From assembly GCA_965202985.1 (NCBI GenBank), contig CBDBCF010000001.1, forward strand, positions 1,152,001 through 1,216,000: DNA of 64,000 nt, in the 5' to 3' direction. Numbering within the stretch: position 1 is the first letter of the stretch; every line of letters begins with the position of its first letter. The stretch comes from Longimicrobiales bacterium (GTDB lineage: Bacteria > Gemmatimonadota > Gemmatimonadetes > Longimicrobiales > Gaopeijiaceae). Below are positions 19,159-28,796 of this stretch, one piece after another. A program made the position numbers and the translations under genes. The notes beneath the pieces are model-generated. The model searched no databases. It worked only from the letters and a program-made list of their open reading frames with translations, and was not told the origin of the DNA.

Positions 19159-20627
19159 GGCCGAAACACGTCGTTGACGGCGGTCGCGTCGAAGCCGCGG
19201 CCCTCCAAGAACGACACTGCGGCGGAGGCCCGGGCGCCGCTCAGGCAGTGGACCACGAGCCGCTTGTCTCGCGGGAGTTCGTTCAGCCGGGGCGCGAGCC
19301 GGGTGTGGGCGATGTTGATCGCGCCCTCGATGTGCCCGTTCGCGTATTCCGACGCCCGTCGCACGTCCACGACGCACGCGCCCGAGTCTTGGTCTCGCTG
19401 GCGACGACGCGCCTCGGCCAAGTCGACGACCTCCGTGGACGCCAGCGTTCGCCCCGCAGCTCGGTAGTCGTCCAAGGCGGCGGGCGGCGCCCAGCCGACG
19501 ATGTGGTCCAGGCCGATCCGAACCAGGCTCCGCACCGCCTCTTCCACCTCGGCTTCCAGGCAAAGAAGCGCGATCGGCTGGTCCGGCTCCAGGTAGGAGC
19601 CCGCAACGACGGGGAAGGCCTTGTTCAGCGGAGCGTAGACGGCGCCGGGGACATGGGCGGCGTAGTAGGCCATGCGGTCGCCGCGCATGTCCAAGACCAC
19701 GGGGCGGCGCGCGACGGGGCGGCGGACGGGCGGGCGGGCCACGGGCGAGACAGCGCCCGAGGCGTCGTCGGAGGGGGCGTCCGGGCCTGTCGCCAGTTCC
19801 GCGCCCTCCAGGCGGCGCGGGCGAGGCAATTCGCCCAGCAGCGCGGGTCCGCGGCGGTTCTCGGTCTTCATGCGCCCGAAGTAGAACGGCGGCTCGGGCT
19901 GGCCGTCCAAGATGTAGTCCAGGAACGCTTCCTCGCCCCGCCGGACGGCGGCCAGCGCCGGGCTGCAGCGCGTCTCGTAGCCCACGGTGGTGTCGGGCAC
20001 GGCGCCCAACGCCTTGCCGCAGGCGCTGCCGGCTCCGTGGCCGGGCCACACGCGAAGGTACTCGGGCAACCGGAAGACGCCTTGGGCCGAGGCGTAGAGC
20101 TGGCGGGCCGACGGTTCCATGGCCCCGGCTTGCCCCGCCGCGGACTCCAGCAGATCGGGCCGCCCCAAGTCGCCCACGAACACGAAGTCGCCGGACATCA
20201 TGCCCATGGGGTCTTGCGCGCCGGCGCCCTCGTCGGTGACCAGCAGGCTCATGTGCTCGGGCGTGTGGCCCGGCGTGTGGACGGCCTGGAAGCGGACGCC
20301 CCCCACCGAGAACTCCTGTCCGTCGCGAAGCTCGACGACGCGGTCCCGGCCCTCGGCCCACAGGCAGCGCCACTCGGCGCCGCCTTCGCCGGACACGTAC
20401 GCCTTGCATCCGTGACGCTCCACCAGCTCCCGACAGCCCGAAAGGAAGTCGGCGTGGACATGGGTCTCGGCGGCGGCCGTGATCCGGAGCCCTTCGCGCC
20501 GGGCGGCGTCCAGGTAGCGGTCCACGTCGCGCTGGGGGTCAACGACCAGCGCTTCGCCCGAACGCTGGCAGCCCACGACGTAGGCGTACTGGGCCAGCCG
20601 CTCGTCGGCGACCTGCTTGAAGAACAT
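19155..20627 (-). CDS. Persulfide dioxygenase-rhodanese fusion (CstB/Blh-like MBL-fold protein)
   Basis: ETHVHADF, TPGHTPEH, GDLGRPDLLE, PGHGAGSACGK and C-terminal HCLSGAR motifs. Confidence 0.9.
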   Translation of the reverse strand: MFFKQVADERLAQYAYVVGCQRSGEALVVDPQRDVDRYLDAARREGLRITAAAETHVHADFLSGCRELVERHGCKAYVSGEGGAEWRCLWAEGRDRVVELRDGQEFSVGGVRFQAVHTPGHTPEHMSLLVTDEGAGAQDPMGMMSGDFVFVGDLGRPDLLESAAGQAGAMEPSARQLYASAQGVFRLPEYLRVWPGHGAGSACGKALGAVPDTTVGYETRCSPALAAVRRGEEAFLDYILDGQPEPPFYFGRMKTENRRGPALLGELPRPRRLEGAELATGPDAPSDDASGAVSPVARPPVRRPVARRPVVLDMRGDRMAYYAAHVPGAVYAPLNKAFPVVAGSYLEPDQPIALLCLEAEVEEAVRSLVRIGLDHIVGWAPPAALDDYRAAGRTLASTEVVDLAEARRRQRDQDSGACVVDVRRASEYANGHIEGAINIAHTRLAPRLNELPRDKRLVVHCLSGARASAAVSFLEGRGFDATAVNDVFRP

Positions 20628-20685
20628 GGCGGGGCTCCCGGTGGTCTGGGTTCTTGCGTCCGTGATTGTATATTCGAGAGGTGCG

Positions 20686-20758
20686 GCCCTGCTAGCTCAA
20701 CTGGTAGAGCATCCGACTCTTAATCGGCAGGTTCGGGGTTCGAGTCCCTGGCGGGGCA
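20686..20758 (+). tRNA. tRNA-Lys (CTT), CCA not encoded
   Basis: GCCCTGCTAGCTCAACTGGTAGAGC..CCGA-CTCTTAA-TCGG..GGTTCGAGTCCC..GCGGGGCA. Confidence 0.97.
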
Positions 20759-20759
20759 C

Positions 20760-21803
20760 TCACGGCAGGTAGATGCGAAGGGCTGCGGCGGGCTCGGTCG
20801 CCTTGGCCCGAAACGCCCCCATGACGGCGGGGAGCAGGGCGAAGCGGACGGCGTTGAGGGTTGTCGCGCCGACCGACAGCGCACCCGACAAAACGCCCCA
20901 GATCTCGAACGCGTCGCCGGCCAGCTCCCCTTCGTAGGCGGCGCCGGCATTCAGGGTTAGCCGCTCCACGACGAACTCGTCGCACTGTGCGACCACCTCT
21001 TGTTGCAGGCCGGCCTCGTGGCGCAGCAGTCGAGGCTCTTGGACGCCCGGGCGAGCCCCCGGTTCTTGGCCCACCCCCGACTCTGGCCAGCGGACCGCCT
21101 CCAGCGCTTCGGCGACGTGCAGCTCCCGCGGGGGAGCGTCGGGGTCCGGCGTCCGCCCCCAGTCGTACAGCCGATAGGTCACGTCCGAACTCTGCTGCAC
21201 TTCGGCCAGGACCACGCCGGGGAGGATCGCGTGAACGGTGCCCGCAGGGACCAGCACCGCGTCGCCGGCACGCACGCGGACTCGATTGAGGCACGCTTCG
21301 ACCCGTCCGGCGGCCGCGGCTCGGCGAAGGTCTTCCGGTCCGACTCCGGGATTCAGCCCCACGACCACTTCCGCGTCCGGTTCGGCGTGCAGGACGTACC
21401 ACATCTCCGTCTTTCCGCGCTCGGGCGGGCGGCGGGCCGCCGCTTGGGCGTCGCCGGGATGGACTTGAACGGAAAGGGGCCGGCAGGCGTCCAGCAGCTT
21501 GACCAGCAGCGGGAAGGTGCGGGCCGCCCCGGCCGCTTGCACGCCCTTGCGCCCAAGGAGCGCCTCGCCGAAGCGCGCGACAAGCTCCGACAGAGCGCAT
21601 CCCTGGAGCGGCCCTCGATCCACCGTGGTGGGCCCCGCCGAGTGGCCGGACACCTCCCAGCTCTCGGCGACGACTCCCGGCGGCAACCGGCGGCCGAACA
21701 GCCGTGCCAAGTTTCGTCCGCCCCAGACGTAGTCCTTCAACGCCGGAGCGAACGTGAGCGGCGCATGGAGCGGCCCCGTCGCCGAGGGCGCCGCCCCTAC
21801 CAC
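20760..21803 (-). CDS. manA: Type I mannose-6-phosphate isomerase
   Basis: YVWGG, ESWEVS, FPLLVKLLD..LSVQVHP, KTEMWY, GTVHA and EVQQSSDVTYRLYDW motifs. Confidence 0.9.
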   Translation of the reverse strand: MVGAAPSATGPLHAPLTFAPALKDYVWGGRNLARLFGRRLPPGVVAESWEVSGHSAGPTTVDRGPLQGCALSELVARFGEALLGRKGVQAAGAARTFPLLVKLLDACRPLSVQVHPGDAQAAARRPPERGKTEMWYVLHAEPDAEVVVGLNPGVGPEDLRRAAAAGRVEACLNRVRVRAGDAVLVPAGTVHAILPGVVLAEVQQSSDVTYRLYDWGRTPDPDAPPRELHVAEALEAVRWPESGVGQEPGARPGVQEPRLLRHEAGLQQEVVAQCDEFVVERLTLNAGAAYEGELAGDAFEIWGVLSGALSVGATTLNAVRFALLPAVMGAFRAKATEPAAALRIYLP

Positions 21804-23992
21804 ATGCTCACCTGGATGCGCAGGGTGCGACCCGGCTGGGGCAGGCCGCACTGGTCCATCACGGTGGCGTCGGACACGTTCGACAAGATGACGGCGGCGG
21901 CCAAGCCGCGGCCGGCGACGGAGCCGGGGCGGCTGCCCGAGTAGAAGGCGCGACGGGCCTCCAGGTCCAGGGTCGCGCTCGAGTCCAGCGAGTCGGGACC
22001 GACGATGTCGGGGTTTTGGCAGAACTGGTTGCCGCGGAAGCGTAGGGCGCCGGTCAGCGCAACGTCGCCGGGGACCGCAAGAGTCAGTCGCAAGTTGCCG
22101 GCGGCGGCAGGTTCGTACTCGGCCTGCAGGTCTTCGTCGGGGCGCTCCGGGTCCTCGACTCGCACGCGCTGCAGGGTAAGGTCGCCGCCAAAGGTCAAGC
22201 GGCCTCGCGTGCCGGCTGCCAGCAGCTCCAGGCCGGTGGAACTCACTTGGTCGCGGTTCACGCGCTGGAACTTGGTGCCCTCGGGCGTGTACACCAGCAT
22301 CCGCGCAATGCCGTCGCGCAGATAGTGGTGAAAGCCGACGGCCTGGAAGCTCGCGTTCCCGGCGGTCAACGTCACGCCCACCTCGGCGGCGATCAGGTTC
22401 TCGGGGCTCAGCGCGGGGTTCGGGGCGAAGCGGCCCAGTGCGCCGGAGTACAGTTCGCGCAGGGAAGGGAACCGCGTTCGGCGGCTGACGCCGGCATTGT
22501 ACTGCAGATTCCCGCCGCGGGCCGCACGGGTCGCGCCGGCGCGCAACCCCCAGTCCCACATCGTGCCCAAGCGCTCCTTGTCGCCGGAGAGCGGCGTCGA
22601 CGCGCCGTCCACCGACGCGCCAACGGTCCACCTAGTTTGGTAGGCGGCTCGCGCGCCGCTTCCAACGCCGTCGCCGTTGTCCCCACCCATCCCGGCTCCG
22701 ACCTCGACTTCGACGCCCAGGCTCCACAGCCGCTGTCGGTAGTCGAGCGCCTGGCCCCACGGGAACGACTCCGTATGGGTCACGTCCGCAAAGGTCGCGG
22801 CGCTGCGCAACTCCGCCTTGTTCAGGAACAGATGATCGCCCAGGAGGCGGCCCGTGACCGTGGTCGTCCGGCCGGTCTCGCCGTCCACCACGTCTTGGTA
22901 GGCCGGACTCGCGTACTCGGCGATCTCGGTCGTGGACCGGTCCAGGCCCAGGCTCATCTCCACGTCGCCTTCGCCGAGGTCGGTGCGCCGTTCGCCCGCG
23001 CCGCCGGAGATCGCCACGAACAGGCGCCGCTGGTTCGGATACCGCCACAGACGCGCCAGAGACGCGTGAGCTTCCGGCGGCACGCCGCGCCGCGCGTCGG
23101 AGATCGAGAACAGGACGGAAGACCAGGGACCCTCGTCGCTGCGGTAGCGGGCGGACACGAACCCGTCCGCGATTCGCCGATCCGAGTTGAGGCGCAGTCC
23201 GTCGTCGCCAGCCAAGTAGTAGTCCTGAAGCTTCGGGTCGGAGGCGGCGCCGTCCGGCAACGGAACCCCGTCCCGCTGCTGGCGCCCGCCCCCGGCGCGC
23301 ACGACCCAGGAAGAGTGGTCCCGCTCCAGGAACGCGCCCGCCCGGGCCGAAGCGCTTGTCCCTCCGGTCTGGTCCAGCGACACGCCGCCCGAGAACGCCG
23401 GCGGCGGAGACTGCTGGTCGGCGCCGCGCGCCACGTCGAACTCGAGTGCGCCGCCCAGGACGTTGGGGCCGTGCAGCATCGAGGACAGGCCGCGGAGAAG
23501 CGTCAGCTTTCGGACCGCCGTCAGGGGAATGACCGACATGTCGGTGCGGTGGTCCCAGCCCAACGTTAGGGGAATGCCGTCCAGCAGGATCGCGATCTGG
23601 CGGTCTTCGGCGCCTCGGAGGGCGGGTTGCGCCTCGCCGCGGGAGTTGGCCCGAATCTGGATCAGCGGCATGCGGCGCAGGAACTCCTCCATCGTCGGCG
23701 CGGCCAGCGTCGCCGCCGAATCCACGGACACCTCGACGGCGCTGGTGCCTCCCGTGGTGGCCGTCGGACGCGGCACCTCGACCCGCACGCCTCGGATCTC
23801 GACGGTGTCCTGCTGCTGCGTCCACCCATGGGCTGCCGGGGGAACGGGCGTCGCGCCTGCTTCCGCTGCAAGCGCCGCCAACGGCAACGCCATCATCGAC
23901 CGAAGCGCCCGCGTCACGGCCGGCGGCCGCGAACCCCCTTTCGCGCGCTTCCGCGTCGCCGACGCCCGCCCGTTCGTTGTTCCGCTGTTCAT
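21797..23992 (-). CDS. TonB-dependent receptor
   Basis: GGAGG RBS; plug LRG..LLDGIPL..LLRGLSSMLHGPNVLGG; barrel NPALSPE; C-terminal PGRTLRIQVSMW. Confidence 0.9.
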   Translation of the reverse strand: MNSGTTNGRASATRKRAKGGSRPPAVTRALRSMMALPLAALAAEAGATPVPPAAHGWTQQQDTVEIRGVRVEVPRPTATTGGTSAVEVSVDSAATLAAPTMEEFLRRMPLIQIRANSRGEAQPALRGAEDRQIAILLDGIPLTLGWDHRTDMSVIPLTAVRKLTLLRGLSSMLHGPNVLGGALEFDVARGADQQSPPPAFSGGVSLDQTGGTSASARAGAFLERDHSSWVVRAGGGRQQRDGVPLPDGAASDPKLQDYYLAGDDGLRLNSDRRIADGFVSARYRSDEGPWSSVLFSISDARRGVPPEAHASLARLWRYPNQRRLFVAISGGAGERRTDLGEGDVEMSLGLDRSTTEIAEYASPAYQDVVDGETGRTTTVTGRLLGDHLFLNKAELRSAATFADVTHTESFPWGQALDYRQRLWSLGVEVEVGAGMGGDNGDGVGSGARAAYQTRWTVGASVDGASTPLSGDKERLGTMWDWGLRAGATRAARGGNLQYNAGVSRRTRFPSLRELYSGALGRFAPNPALSPENLIAAEVGVTLTAGNASFQAVGFHHYLRDGIARMLVYTPEGTKFQRVNRDQVSSTGLELLAAGTRGRLTFGGDLTLQRVRVEDPERPDEDLQAEYEPAAAGNLRLTLAVPGDVALTGALRFRGNQFCQNPDIVGPDSLDSSATLDLEARRAFYSGSRPGSVAGRGLAAAVILSNVSDATVMDQCGLPQPGRTLRIQVSMW

Positions 23993-24131
23993 ATTCACCT
24001 CCCGCATCGTGCGCGGTCCGGTCGTCCGGGGCCTAGGCCGCGCTCCTGGGAGGTTGTACCCGCTCAGCGGCGAAAAAGTTCGCACGGGGTTCCCTGCGCG
24101 GGCGTTCGCAAGCCGTGTTCCCGGCGGCCCG

Positions 24132-26225
24132 CTACGGGGGCGAGCCCGCCGATTCGGGCAGTCTGCGCACCGCCCGCTTCACCGCTTGGCAGACCGCGTC
24201 GGCGGTGATCCCGTACCGATCGTACAGCTCGGCATAGGGCGCCGACGCGCCGAACCGGTCGATCCCCAGCGCGACGCCGTCGGCACCGGTCCAGCGCTGC
24301 CATCCCATCGTGGCGGCGGCTTCCACGCCGACCACCGGAACGCCGGCGGGCAGCACCTCGGCCCGGTATTCGGCGGACTGGGCCGCGAACAGGCGCCAGC
24401 TGGGCAGGCTGACGACGCGCACTGCCACGCCTTCGCCCGCCAGCCGCGCCTGGGCCGCCAGCGCCACTCCCACCTCGGAGCCGGAGGCGGCCACGACGGC
24501 GGCCGGGCGCCCCCCGCGACGTAGATCGTGCTCCTCGTGCCCTCCGTGCCCCTCGCCCGCCTCGCGCAACACGTACCCGCCCCGGTGGAGACCCTGCGCC
24601 GAGGCCGTGCCGGGTTCGGTGCGATCGATCACGGGCACCGTCTGGCGGGTCAGCGACAGGAAGGCGGGACCGTCGGTGCGGTTCAGGGCCGCCCGCCACG
24701 CTTCGACCGTCTCGGGGCCGTCGGCGGGACGCAGGTCCAGCAGGTTGGGAACGGCGCGCAGGGCCGCCAGGTGCTCGACCGGCTGATGGGTCGGGCCGTC
24801 TTCCCCCAGTCCGATGCTGTCGTGCGTGAAGACGTAGACTACCGGAAGCCCCATCAGCGCCGCCAAGCGGATCGCCGGGCGCATGTAGTCGGAGAAGACC
24901 AGGAACGTGCCGCCGAAGGGACGAACGCCGCCGTGGAGCGCCATTCCGTTCATGATCGCGCCCATGGCGTGCTCGCGGACGCCGAAGTGGACGATCCGCC
25001 CTGCAGGGTTCTCCGCCGACAGGTCGCCGCCGCCCGCGATGTCGGTCTTGTTGGAGCCGCCCAGGTCCGCCGACCCGCCCACCAGCCAGGGCACGGCCCG
25101 CGCCGCGGCCTGGAGAACCTTGCCGGAGTGGTTGCGCGTGGCGGTGGCCGGCGCCGTGGACAGGTCCGGCAATCCTTCGTCCCAGGAAGGAGGCGGCGCT
25201 CCGCGCAGCGCGTCTTCGAACGCCGCGGCTTTGGCCGGAAAGCGCTCCCGGTACGCTTCCATGCCCCGGACCCAGGTCGTTCGCGCCTCTGCCCGCCGCT
25301 CCGCGCAGCGACGCCAGTGCTGCACCGCCTCCGGGACCACGTGGAAGGGCTCCAGCGACGGCCAGCCCAAGGCGCGCTTGGTGGCCTCGACCTCTTCTTC
25401 GCCCAGCGGCGCCCCGTGCGTGGATGCGAGCCCCGCCATGTTGGGACTGCCGTCGGCGATCGTGGTGCGGAGCACGATCAGCGTGGGGCGGTCGGTCTCG
25501 GCGCTGGCCGCCGACAGGGCCGCGTCGACGGCGTCCAGGTCGCTGCCGTCCTCCACCGACAGCGTGTGCCAGCCGTACCCCTCGAAGCGCCGGGCGTGGT
25601 CGGTGGCGGTGGCCAGCTCGGTCGAGCCCTCGATCGTGATCCGGTTGTCGTCGAAGATCCACGTCAGCTTGCCCAGCTTCTGATGGCCCGCGATCTCGGC
25701 GGCTTCGTGCGAGAGTCCCTCCATGAGGTCGCCGTCGGAGCAGAGGGCGTAGACGCGGTGGTCCACAAGGCGATGACCCTCGCGGTTGTGCAGGTGCGCC
25801 AGCCGGCGTTCGGCCAGCGCCATGCCCACCGAGTTGGCGACGCCTTGGCCCAGGGGGCCGGTGGTCGTTTCCACGCCAGCGGTGTGGCCGTGCTCGGGAT
25901 GGCCCGGCGTCTTGCTGCCCCACTGGCGGAAGCGACGGACGTCGTCCAGGGAGACGTCGTAGCCGGAGAGGTGCAGCACGCCGTACAGGAGCATGGAGGC
26001 GTGGCCGGCGGACAGGACGAACCGGTCCCGGTCGGGCCAGTCGGGGTGCGCCGGGTCGTGGTGCAGGTGGCGGGTCCACAGGACGTACGCGGCGGGCGCC
26101 AGGGCCATGGGCGTTCCGGGATGGCCCGACCGGGCGGCCTGAACGGCGTCGATCGCCAGGACCTTCAAGGCGTCCACGGCCAGCTTCTCGATCGCGGGCG
26201 GGGTCGCCGGGCGCGCATCGCTCAC
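24132..26225 (-). CDS. tkt: Transketolase
   Basis: SGHPG, DRFVLSAGHAS, TTGPLGQG, SDGDLMEG, FGVREHAM and GEDGPTHQP motifs. Confidence 0.98.
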   Translation of the reverse strand: MSDARPATPPAIEKLAVDALKVLAIDAVQAARSGHPGTPMALAPAAYVLWTRHLHHDPAHPDWPDRDRFVLSAGHASMLLYGVLHLSGYDVSLDDVRRFRQWGSKTPGHPEHGHTAGVETTTGPLGQGVANSVGMALAERRLAHLHNREGHRLVDHRVYALCSDGDLMEGLSHEAAEIAGHQKLGKLTWIFDDNRITIEGSTELATATDHARRFEGYGWHTLSVEDGSDLDAVDAALSAASAETDRPTLIVLRTTIADGSPNMAGLASTHGAPLGEEEVEATKRALGWPSLEPFHVVPEAVQHWRRCAERRAEARTTWVRGMEAYRERFPAKAAAFEDALRGAPPPSWDEGLPDLSTAPATATRNHSGKVLQAAARAVPWLVGGSADLGGSNKTDIAGGGDLSAENPAGRIVHFGVREHAMGAIMNGMALHGGVRPFGGTFLVFSDYMRPAIRLAALMGLPVVYVFTHDSIGLGEDGPTHQPVEHLAALRAVPNLLDLRPADGPETVEAWRAALNRTDGPAFLSLTRQTVPVIDRTEPGTASAQGLHRGGYVLREAGEGHGGHEEHDLRRGGRPAAVVAASGSEVGVALAAQARLAGEGVAVRVVSLPSWRLFAAQSAEYRAEVLPAGVPVVGVEAAATMGWQRWTGADGVALGIDRFGASAPYAELYDRYGITADAVCQAVKRAVRRLPESAGSPP

Positions 26226-26229
26226 GGGG

Positions 26230-28755
26230 TTAGGCCGCCACGAAGTTGAGCAGCCGGTCCTGCACGTGGACGATCCGCCGCACCGTCAGCCCCTCCAAGT
26301 GGCGGGCCACGTTGCCTTCGGCCCGAGCCAGCGCCACCACCTGTTCCTGCCCCGAGCCCGCGGGCGACGACACCGTGGCGCGTACCCTGCCGTTCACCTG
26401 CACCGCGACGCGCACTTGGTCCTCCGCCGCCTTGGCCGGGTCGAACGCCGGCCAGTTGGCGCCGTCGAAGATGCTGCCCCGGTTGCCCAGGCGCCGCCAG
26501 AGCTCCTCCGCGACGTGGGGAACGAACGGCGCCGCCATGCGCACCAGGGGCTCGACCTCGCCTCGCTTGGGTCGGCGCCCCCCTGCGCGCACCGCGTTCA
26601 AGTACTCCATCATGGCGGCCACGGCGGTGTTGTAGCGCAGTCCGGCCACCTGCTCGGTCACGCGGCGGATCGTCTGGTGCAACTTCCGTTCCAGCGCCGG
26701 CTCGGGATCGCCCAAGGCCAGCTCGCCTTCGCGGGGCACCACCGTCTCCCAAAGCCGGTGCAGGAAGCCGTGCGGGCCCGAAATCCCCTTGTCCTGGTAG
26801 TCTCCGCCCTCCATGAACGGCCCCAGGAACATGAGGTACAGCCGAAAGGTGTCGGCCCCGTACTCCTCGATGATCGAATCGGGGATGATCACGTTCCCCC
26901 GGCTCTTGGACATCTTGGCGCCCTCGCGAATGATCAGCCCGTGGGCCCGGAACTGCTTGTACGGCTCTTCGAACTCCAGCAGGCCCATGTCGTGCAGGGC
27001 CATGATCACGAAGCGCGAGTACAGCAGGTGGAGCACGGCGTGCTCGTTGCCGCCGATGTACGTGTCCACGGGAAGCCAGCGTCGCGTGACTTCTTCGTCG
27101 AAGGGACGGTCGTCGAAGTCCGTGGACGGGTAGCGGAGGAAGTACCACGCGCTGTCCAGGAAGGTGTCGGACACGTCGGTCTCGCGGACGCCGTCGGCGT
27201 CGCAGGAAGGACAAGGCGTCTCGTACCAGTCGCGAACCCGAGCCAAGGGGCTGACGCCGGACTCGTCGGGGCGGAAGTCGTCCACGTGCGGCAGCGCCAC
27301 GGGCAGGTCCTCGTCGGGCACTGGCACGGGGCCGCACTCTTTGCAGTGGATCACCGGAATCGGCGGCCCCCAGTAGCGCTGACGCGAAATGCACCAGTCG
27401 TGAAGCCGGTAGTTCACCTGGCGCTCGGCCAGTCCCTCGGCGGCCAAGTCGTCCACGACCGCCCGCTTGGCTTCGTTCGCCGGCAAGCCGTCGTAGGCGC
27501 CGGAGTTGACCAGTGCGCCCTCGTCGCCGTCGTAGGCCTGGTCCACCGGGGCGGAGGCGTCTTCGCCGGGACGCGCCACCACGCGCACCACGGGCAAGTC
27601 GAACGTCGTGGCGAAGTCGAAGTCGCGCGCGTCGTGCCCCGGAACCGACATGATCGCGCCGGTGCCGTAGCCCATGAGCACGTAGTCGGCCACCCACACG
27701 GGCACTCGCCGCCCCGTGGCCGGGTTCATGCAGTAGCCGCCCGTGAAGACGCCCGTCTTCTCTTGGCCGGCCTTCTGCCGCGCCACCAAGTCCATGCGTC
27801 GCGCCCGCGCCCGGTACTCCTCCACGGCCTGCCGGCGCTCCGGCGAGGCGATCTCGTCCACCATGGGATGCTCCGGGGCCAGCACCACGTAGGTGGCGCC
27901 GAACACCGTGTCCGGTCGCGTGGTGAAGACCGCCACGGCCTTGCCCGCCGTTTCGCCCGCGTGCGGGGTCTCGTCGCCCGCGCCCTCGGCCCCCACGCCC
28001 GACGCCCCGTCGGAACGCCCTTCCGCCACGGGAAACCGCAGTTCAGCCCCCTCGGAGCGTCCGATCCAGTTGCCTTGGGCCTTCAACGTGGACTCGGACC
28101 AGTCGATGTGCTCCAAGTTGGCCAGCAGGCGCTGGGCGTATTCGGTGATCTTGAAGAACCACTGGCGGATGCGGCGCTGTTCGACCGGCGTCGCGCACCG
28201 TTCGCACTGGCCGGCGATCACCTGCTCGTTGGCCAGGACGGTCATGCACGACGGACACCAGTTGACCGGCGCCTCCTTCTGCACCGCCAGCCCGCGCTCC
28301 ATCAGCCGCAGGAAGATCCACTGGGTCCACTTGTAGTAGTCGGGATCGGTCGTGTCGACGGTGTGCCGCCAGTCGAACATGCCCCCCATGCGCCGCAGCT
28401 GTCGCCGGAAGTTGGCCACGTTCCGGGGGATCAGCTCCATGGGGTGGACGCCGGTCTTGAGCGCGAAGTTCTCCGAGTGGATGCCGAAGGCGTCGAAGCC
28501 GATCGGCTCGAAGACGTCGAACCCCTGCATCCGCTTGAAGCGCCCGTGCACGTCGGCGCCCGTGAAGGCGTAGATGTTGCCCACGTGCAGCCCCTCCGCC
28601 GAGGGGTAGGGGAACATCATCAGGTTGAAGAACGGCCGGGGCGCGCTGCGCAGATCTTCCAGCGCGAAGGTGTTTGTGCCGTCGCGCTCCCAGCGCTCCT
28701 GCCACTTGGCTTCTACGGCGGCGGGGTTGTACGCCCGGTCGGCGTTGGCGGACAT
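26230..28755 (-). CDS. leuS: Leucine--tRNA ligase
   Basis: MFPYPSAEGLHVGN (HIGH), FTTRPDT editing domain, DWCISRQRYWG and KMSKS. Confidence 0.98.
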   Translation of the reverse strand: MSANADRAYNPAAVEAKWQERWERDGTNTFALEDLRSAPRPFFNLMMFPYPSAEGLHVGNIYAFTGADVHGRFKRMQGFDVFEPIGFDAFGIHSENFALKTGVHPMELIPRNVANFRRQLRRMGGMFDWRHTVDTTDPDYYKWTQWIFLRLMERGLAVQKEAPVNWCPSCMTVLANEQVIAGQCERCATPVEQRRIRQWFFKITEYAQRLLANLEHIDWSESTLKAQGNWIGRSEGAELRFPVAEGRSDGASGVGAEGAGDETPHAGETAGKAVAVFTTRPDTVFGATYVVLAPEHPMVDEIASPERRQAVEEYRARARRMDLVARQKAGQEKTGVFTGGYCMNPATGRRVPVWVADYVLMGYGTGAIMSVPGHDARDFDFATTFDLPVVRVVARPGEDASAPVDQAYDGDEGALVNSGAYDGLPANEAKRAVVDDLAAEGLAERQVNYRLHDWCISRQRYWGPPIPVIHCKECGPVPVPDEDLPVALPHVDDFRPDESGVSPLARVRDWYETPCPSCDADGVRETDVSDTFLDSAWYFLRYPSTDFDDRPFDEEVTRRWLPVDTYIGGNEHAVLHLLYSRFVIMALHDMGLLEFEEPYKQFRAHGLIIREGAKMSKSRGNVIIPDSIIEEYGADTFRLYLMFLGPFMEGGDYQDKGISGPHGFLHRLWETVVPREGELALGDPEPALERKLHQTIRRVTEQVAGLRYNTAVAAMMEYLNAVRAGGRRPKRGEVEPLVRMAAPFVPHVAEELWRRLGNRGSIFDGANWPAFDPAKAAEDQVRVAVQVNGRVRATVSSPAGSGQEQVVALARAEGNVARHLEGLTVRRIVHVQDRLLNFVAA

Positions 28756-28796
28756 GGCCGGTGGGTCTCTGGGTGGGCGGCAAGCGAACGAAGAAG

